From positions 90,582,001 through 90,646,000 of the forward strand of contig NC_043005.1 of the NCBI RefSeq assembly GCF_006345805.1: a stretch of DNA of 64,000 nt. The letters are read 5' to 3'. A program made the position numbers and the translations under genes. Origin of the DNA: Octopus sinensis (lineage: Eukaryota). The notes under the pieces are model-generated. The model was not told the DNA's origin, made no database searches, and saw only the letters and a program-made list of their open reading frames with translations. Positions 59,734 through 64,000 of the stretch are shown here, in pieces. Numbering within the stretch: the first letter of the stretch is position 1; every line of letters starts with the position of its first letter.

Positions 59734-62239
59734 AAACAGCTGCATTTAAACAGGGATAAATATTACCGCAAAGAAATATGTGTTTACATGTTTGTTCCTT
59801 CTTGAACCACGCCTGGCTCATAAGGGCCGGTTTTCTTTGGCGTATAGGTTCTCCACCTGGATGGGACACCGGTCTATTGCAGGTGAGCTGCAAGATGCAG
59901 GAGGAAAGAGTGAGAGAAAGTTGTGGTGAAAGAGTCAGCAGAAATTCGCCATTACCTTCTGCCGGAGCCGCGTGGAGCTTAGGTGTTGCGCTCATAAACA
60001 CACACATCACCTGGGCTGAGATTTAAACCCGCATCCCTAGAGCACAAGTCCACTGCTCTAACCACTAGGCTATGTGCCTTCGCTGTGTTTACATAGATCC
60101 TGCCATTTTGGATAGGTGGCGAGCTGGCAGAATCGTTAGCACACCGGGCGAAATGCGTAGATGTATTTCGTCTGTCGTTACGTTCTGAGTTCAAATTCCG
60201 CCGAGGTCGATTTTGCCTTTCATCCTTTCGGGGTCGATAAATTAGGTACCAGTTTTGCACTGGGGTCGATATAATCGACTTAATCCATTTGTCTGTCCTT
60301 GTTTGTCCTCTCTGTGTTTAGCCCCTTGTGGGTAGTAAAGAAATAGGATAGTCCAATGCCTGTGCTAGTATTCTTCTGAAGAAAGGCCTTCACATGCAAA
60401 TTATAAAGAGTTCTTAAAACTTTCTGCATTGTTAGGAGCTCTCCTCATTTCATTTCTTATTCTACTTTGGTAATACAATGCTTTGAGCAAACTACAATAC
60501 TCTTTTTGCATAAACAGGTCGATTATCTACAAGACAGAAAAATGAATTATTTGGTGAGGCTGGGAGAATTAAGAATCTATTTTGGGTAATGGAAACAATA
60601 CACACACACATTAACTTCTGAAGACATCCAAAGACCAAATGGTTGTGTTAAACTAGCTGTTGTGTTGTGCATGTGTATAGATATATCTATGCAATAGTCA
60701 TTTCATTGATGGTGTCTTTTTTTCTTCATTTTAGCCATTGAAGGCCATGCTTGAATTGACTCCCTGTATATTACTAGTATTGATATTAATGAGATGTGTG
60801 AAGGTGCAAGGCTTAGTGGTTAAGCTATTGCACTCAGGATCACTAGACCATGGGTTCAATTCCCAGATCAGACGGTGCGTTCTGTTCTTGAAAACACTTC
60901 ATTTCACATTTCTCCAGTCCCTATTTTGAATATTGGTGTGTGTGTGGAAAAGAGTAAAAGAGGGAACAGAAAGCAGTAATGGGCCAAGTAAAGAAGGACA
61001 GCAATGAATGTGTAGCACAGAGAATAAAACATTAGAAGGCAGAAAAACTGAAGAGTAAAAGAGCCATGAAGAAGTAAGGCTGTTTTGGCATGTTGGGAGT
61101 AGTGTTTGGGGAATTTTGGGAAGCATGGGATTTTTAAAGGATTTAGAGTGGTAACAGCTGATGCTGGTAGTTTATTCAAGGCTTCGACAATTCTGGGTGG
61201 GGAAAAAAATGTTTCCGAAATCATGTGCGCGCGTGAATCACAGAGAATATGTGTATGTTTATAGGAAAGAAAGGGTCAGATATTGAATGTGTGTGTGTAG
61301 CGTAGATGGAAACAGGGGAGATAATCCAGAAATTTCAGTAGTACAGCGTCGTGGTAAAGTCCTCGGTGCTTTCATGTGTGTGTTTGGGTTCTCAAACTCA
61401 TTCAATGATAAAGTTAATTCATTAACTGTATTTTATACAATCTTCAATGAAAGAGTAACAATTTTTAAAAAATCCACCAGAAAAATCAATAAATACATAA
61501 AAGGTAGTACGAGCAGTATGATGTTGAAGAGCTGCAAAATGAGTTGAAGTTTTGTAATAAAACTTGAGTGAAAACATCCTGCCTCTACAATGCAAAGAAA
61601 TTTTTCCCATATCAGAAAGATATGTGCATCAATAAAGGACACGAAAGCTAAGGCGGCCTTTGCAGGACAAAAAATCCTTTTTATCATCTTCAATTACACT
61701 TCTGTAGTAAGGGAAGTAATTATTAATGTTTACTGCAGAGTGCTCTGCTCTTACATTAATATCTATTTCTTTACTATATATATATATATATATATATATT
61801 AATATCGACATATATTGCCTTCATCCTACCGTCTTTTTATTCCCTTCATCCCAAGGTGCAATGTGTGTGTCAGCCACGTAGCCAACCGATTGCAACTGGG
61901 GGTGCTGGACAGGGGTACGGACAAACGCTCCTACTTAAAGTGTGAAAGTGGACAAAAGCCCCATGCTTATATTTATCGGTTATTTTATTTTATTAAAAAA
62001 AAAATTTCGTTCACATTTCTTGACGCCTGACCTGGTCAAAACTTCTGATATATTTCGTTTTTATTTTCATTTTACTTGTTGCAATAATCAAATTGAGGCC
62101 ATGCTGGGGCATCACCTCGAAGAATTTTTAGTCGAATGTATCGATTCCAGTATTTTTAAAAATGATTTTCAACAAGCACATAGTTAAGCCTAAAAGTTAA
62201 GCCTAGAGATAACAGCCAAATCTTTAAACATTATTTTTA

Positions 62240-63045
62240 TATAATTTCAAATAAACATCGACCACGAGGCTGACAGTGTGTCTTCTTAACAATTCGATGA
62301 TTTCGTTTTGCATTGCTTCTGAGGTGTAGGTCGCATTTTTTGGAATCGTGCTGTAACATTACATTAGCTTTGAGTCTTTCTCTAATGTGTACTGGAATAA
62401 TTTCATTAAAAAAACCCACAAGGCTACGTATCATCTTCCGAATAAAGATCCTGAAAAGTTTCATTTTCGTTTCCTCGAAAAGGCAATTCGTTTGCACAAA
62501 GAAAATGGACAATATCAACAATTGAACTGATTTAATAACGGTTTTTGCTCAACTGATCATTTTGCAAGATTGAAGCCACGGATGTTGTTGTGGATAAACG
62601 CTGTTGGAGTTCCTTCCATGTTACCATAGCTTGGATATGGGATGCAGAGTTTGCGTGCTTATTTAAACCTTAGATTTTTTTCTTTTGAATGATGCCAATT
62701 AGAATATCCATTTTTAATAAAACAAGTATCAGCTCGAGCAGCAAAACAAAACAAGGCTTTCTTTGAAGGAGAATACTTTAACCATAAACGACCAATATAC
62801 CAGCTTGACGAGAAGTCACGTCTCTGATTTCTATAAATTTTTAGATCAAACTTTGTTAGAACTGGCTGCCTTGGTTGGCAGTCGACATGTCCTAGATCAT
62901 CCAATGACGGTGTCAAAGACTTTGCAAGATCTCCCTTGAGCTGCGAAACTTCGTTTGCAATTCTCTTCTGCTTAGCATTATTAGATGAATCAGATTGGAA
63001 ATTCAGCAATGATTGCTTCAGTTTTCTTTTTCGGTAGTGATTCAT
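62240..63045 (-). pseudogene. Decayed hAT transposase N-terminus (TTF-type zinc finger and DUF4371-like region, ZMYM1-like group)
   Basis: PRQPVL...RDFSSSWY...WLKYSPSKKALFCFA...GYSNW; frameshifted LNKHANSASHIQAMVTW; FLCANELPFRG; PKNATYTSEAMQNEIIELL; stops and frameshifts; truncated before the catalytic core. Confidence 0.85.
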
Positions 63046-64000
63046 TATTTTTGGGCACTGATTTTCGCAATAATTAATTCTAAGGTAGAATATCATAGTA
63101 AGAGTAACGATTTCTTGAAATTTATATATTTTTAAATTAAACTCGAAAGAGATTTTGGTTCAAGCAACTTTTTTTTTCCAATTTCTTCAAAGTCATGCTT
63201 TTTTTTTAGTTAAACACAAAATAATTTCAGCATAAACTTTGTTCAAAGAGTAAGAAAAAGTTATTCAGTGAAAGTTCTCACCTGAAAAATACTTTCTGAA
63301 TGTATATTTTGGGAATTTTCAAAACTTTTCTTTCTTTTTTCGCGAATAATAATCCTCTCTTACCAGTAGAAATAAAACGACTTTTTAATGCCCGTAGATA
63401 TACATGTGTAGGGATGCGCTTACTACCATAAATCTCTAACTATAGCAACAATTCTTCACATGCTTTTCAACAGCAACAAGGACAACCACCAGCACCGCCA
63501 TCGCCACCACGAGCACCACAACAACAACAATAACAACAACTGACCCAGCATCACCCCTCTTTAATTCAACCCACAGTTGATGACCGGGTCGGCAGCTAAT
63601 TATTCTGCAACAACAATTACAGCTACAACAAACACTCTGACCAGCTCTAATTTACCAATATTTTCATATTAATAACTACTAAATCAAAAGAAATTCAATT
63701 TATTGCATCTTTAGCGACTTCAGATATTGCTTATGAGAAACAGTGGATAAAACAAATTCTCATACTGGGGTGGAGAGGCTGAGATTCTAAACTGCTTAGC
63801 GGGTATTTCGTCTGCCGTTACGTTCTGAGTTCAATTTCCGTTGAGGTCGACTTTGCCTTTCATCCTTTCGGAGTCGATAAATTAAGTACCAGTTATGCAA
63901 TAGGGTCAATGTAATCGACTTAATCTCTTTGTCTGTCCTTGTTTGTCCCCTTGTGGGCAATAAAGAAATAAGAATGTTTCATGATGAAGTTTTGCTCCAG

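Noticed and set aside
61433-61693. 86-aa hydrophobic minus-strand ORF resembling a small membrane protein
   Set aside because: No recognisable family; F/I/L richness is expected opposite A-rich DNA; no splice or promoter support.

Overview
AT-rich, microsatellite- and repeat-dense eukaryotic DNA. The tRNA-headed SINEs, RTE LINEs with (GAT)n tails and Penelope-type fragments fit an Octopus-like cephalopod genome (species not determinable by eye). The only well-supported host gene is a complete 7-exon VTA1 (ESCRT/Vps4 cofactor) on the + strand: ATG 16920 to TAA 52833, 939 nt, 312 aa, all introns GT-AG and phase-consistent. The rest is transposon-derived: RTE LINE fragments, several SINE families, two decayed hAT transposases (BED-finger and TTF/DUF4371 types), a full-length decayed Tc1, a maT-like fragment, hAT/piggyBac/mariner MITEs and foldback elements. 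The most interesting signal is a set of type I hammerhead-ribozyme motifs (about 8 loci, several sequence families) typical of Penelope-like retroelements, many in or beside inverted repeats. They include two with an unusually long (~70 nt) stem II, and a perfect spacer-less 158-bp palindrome in VTA1 intron 1 carrying one hammerhead on each strand. Nearly all listed short ORFs are microsatellite or TE artefacts. All calls come from manual reading without database searches. Exon, TIR, TSD and ribozyme coordinates were counted by hand; LINE/SINE boundaries are approximate (+/-20 nt).
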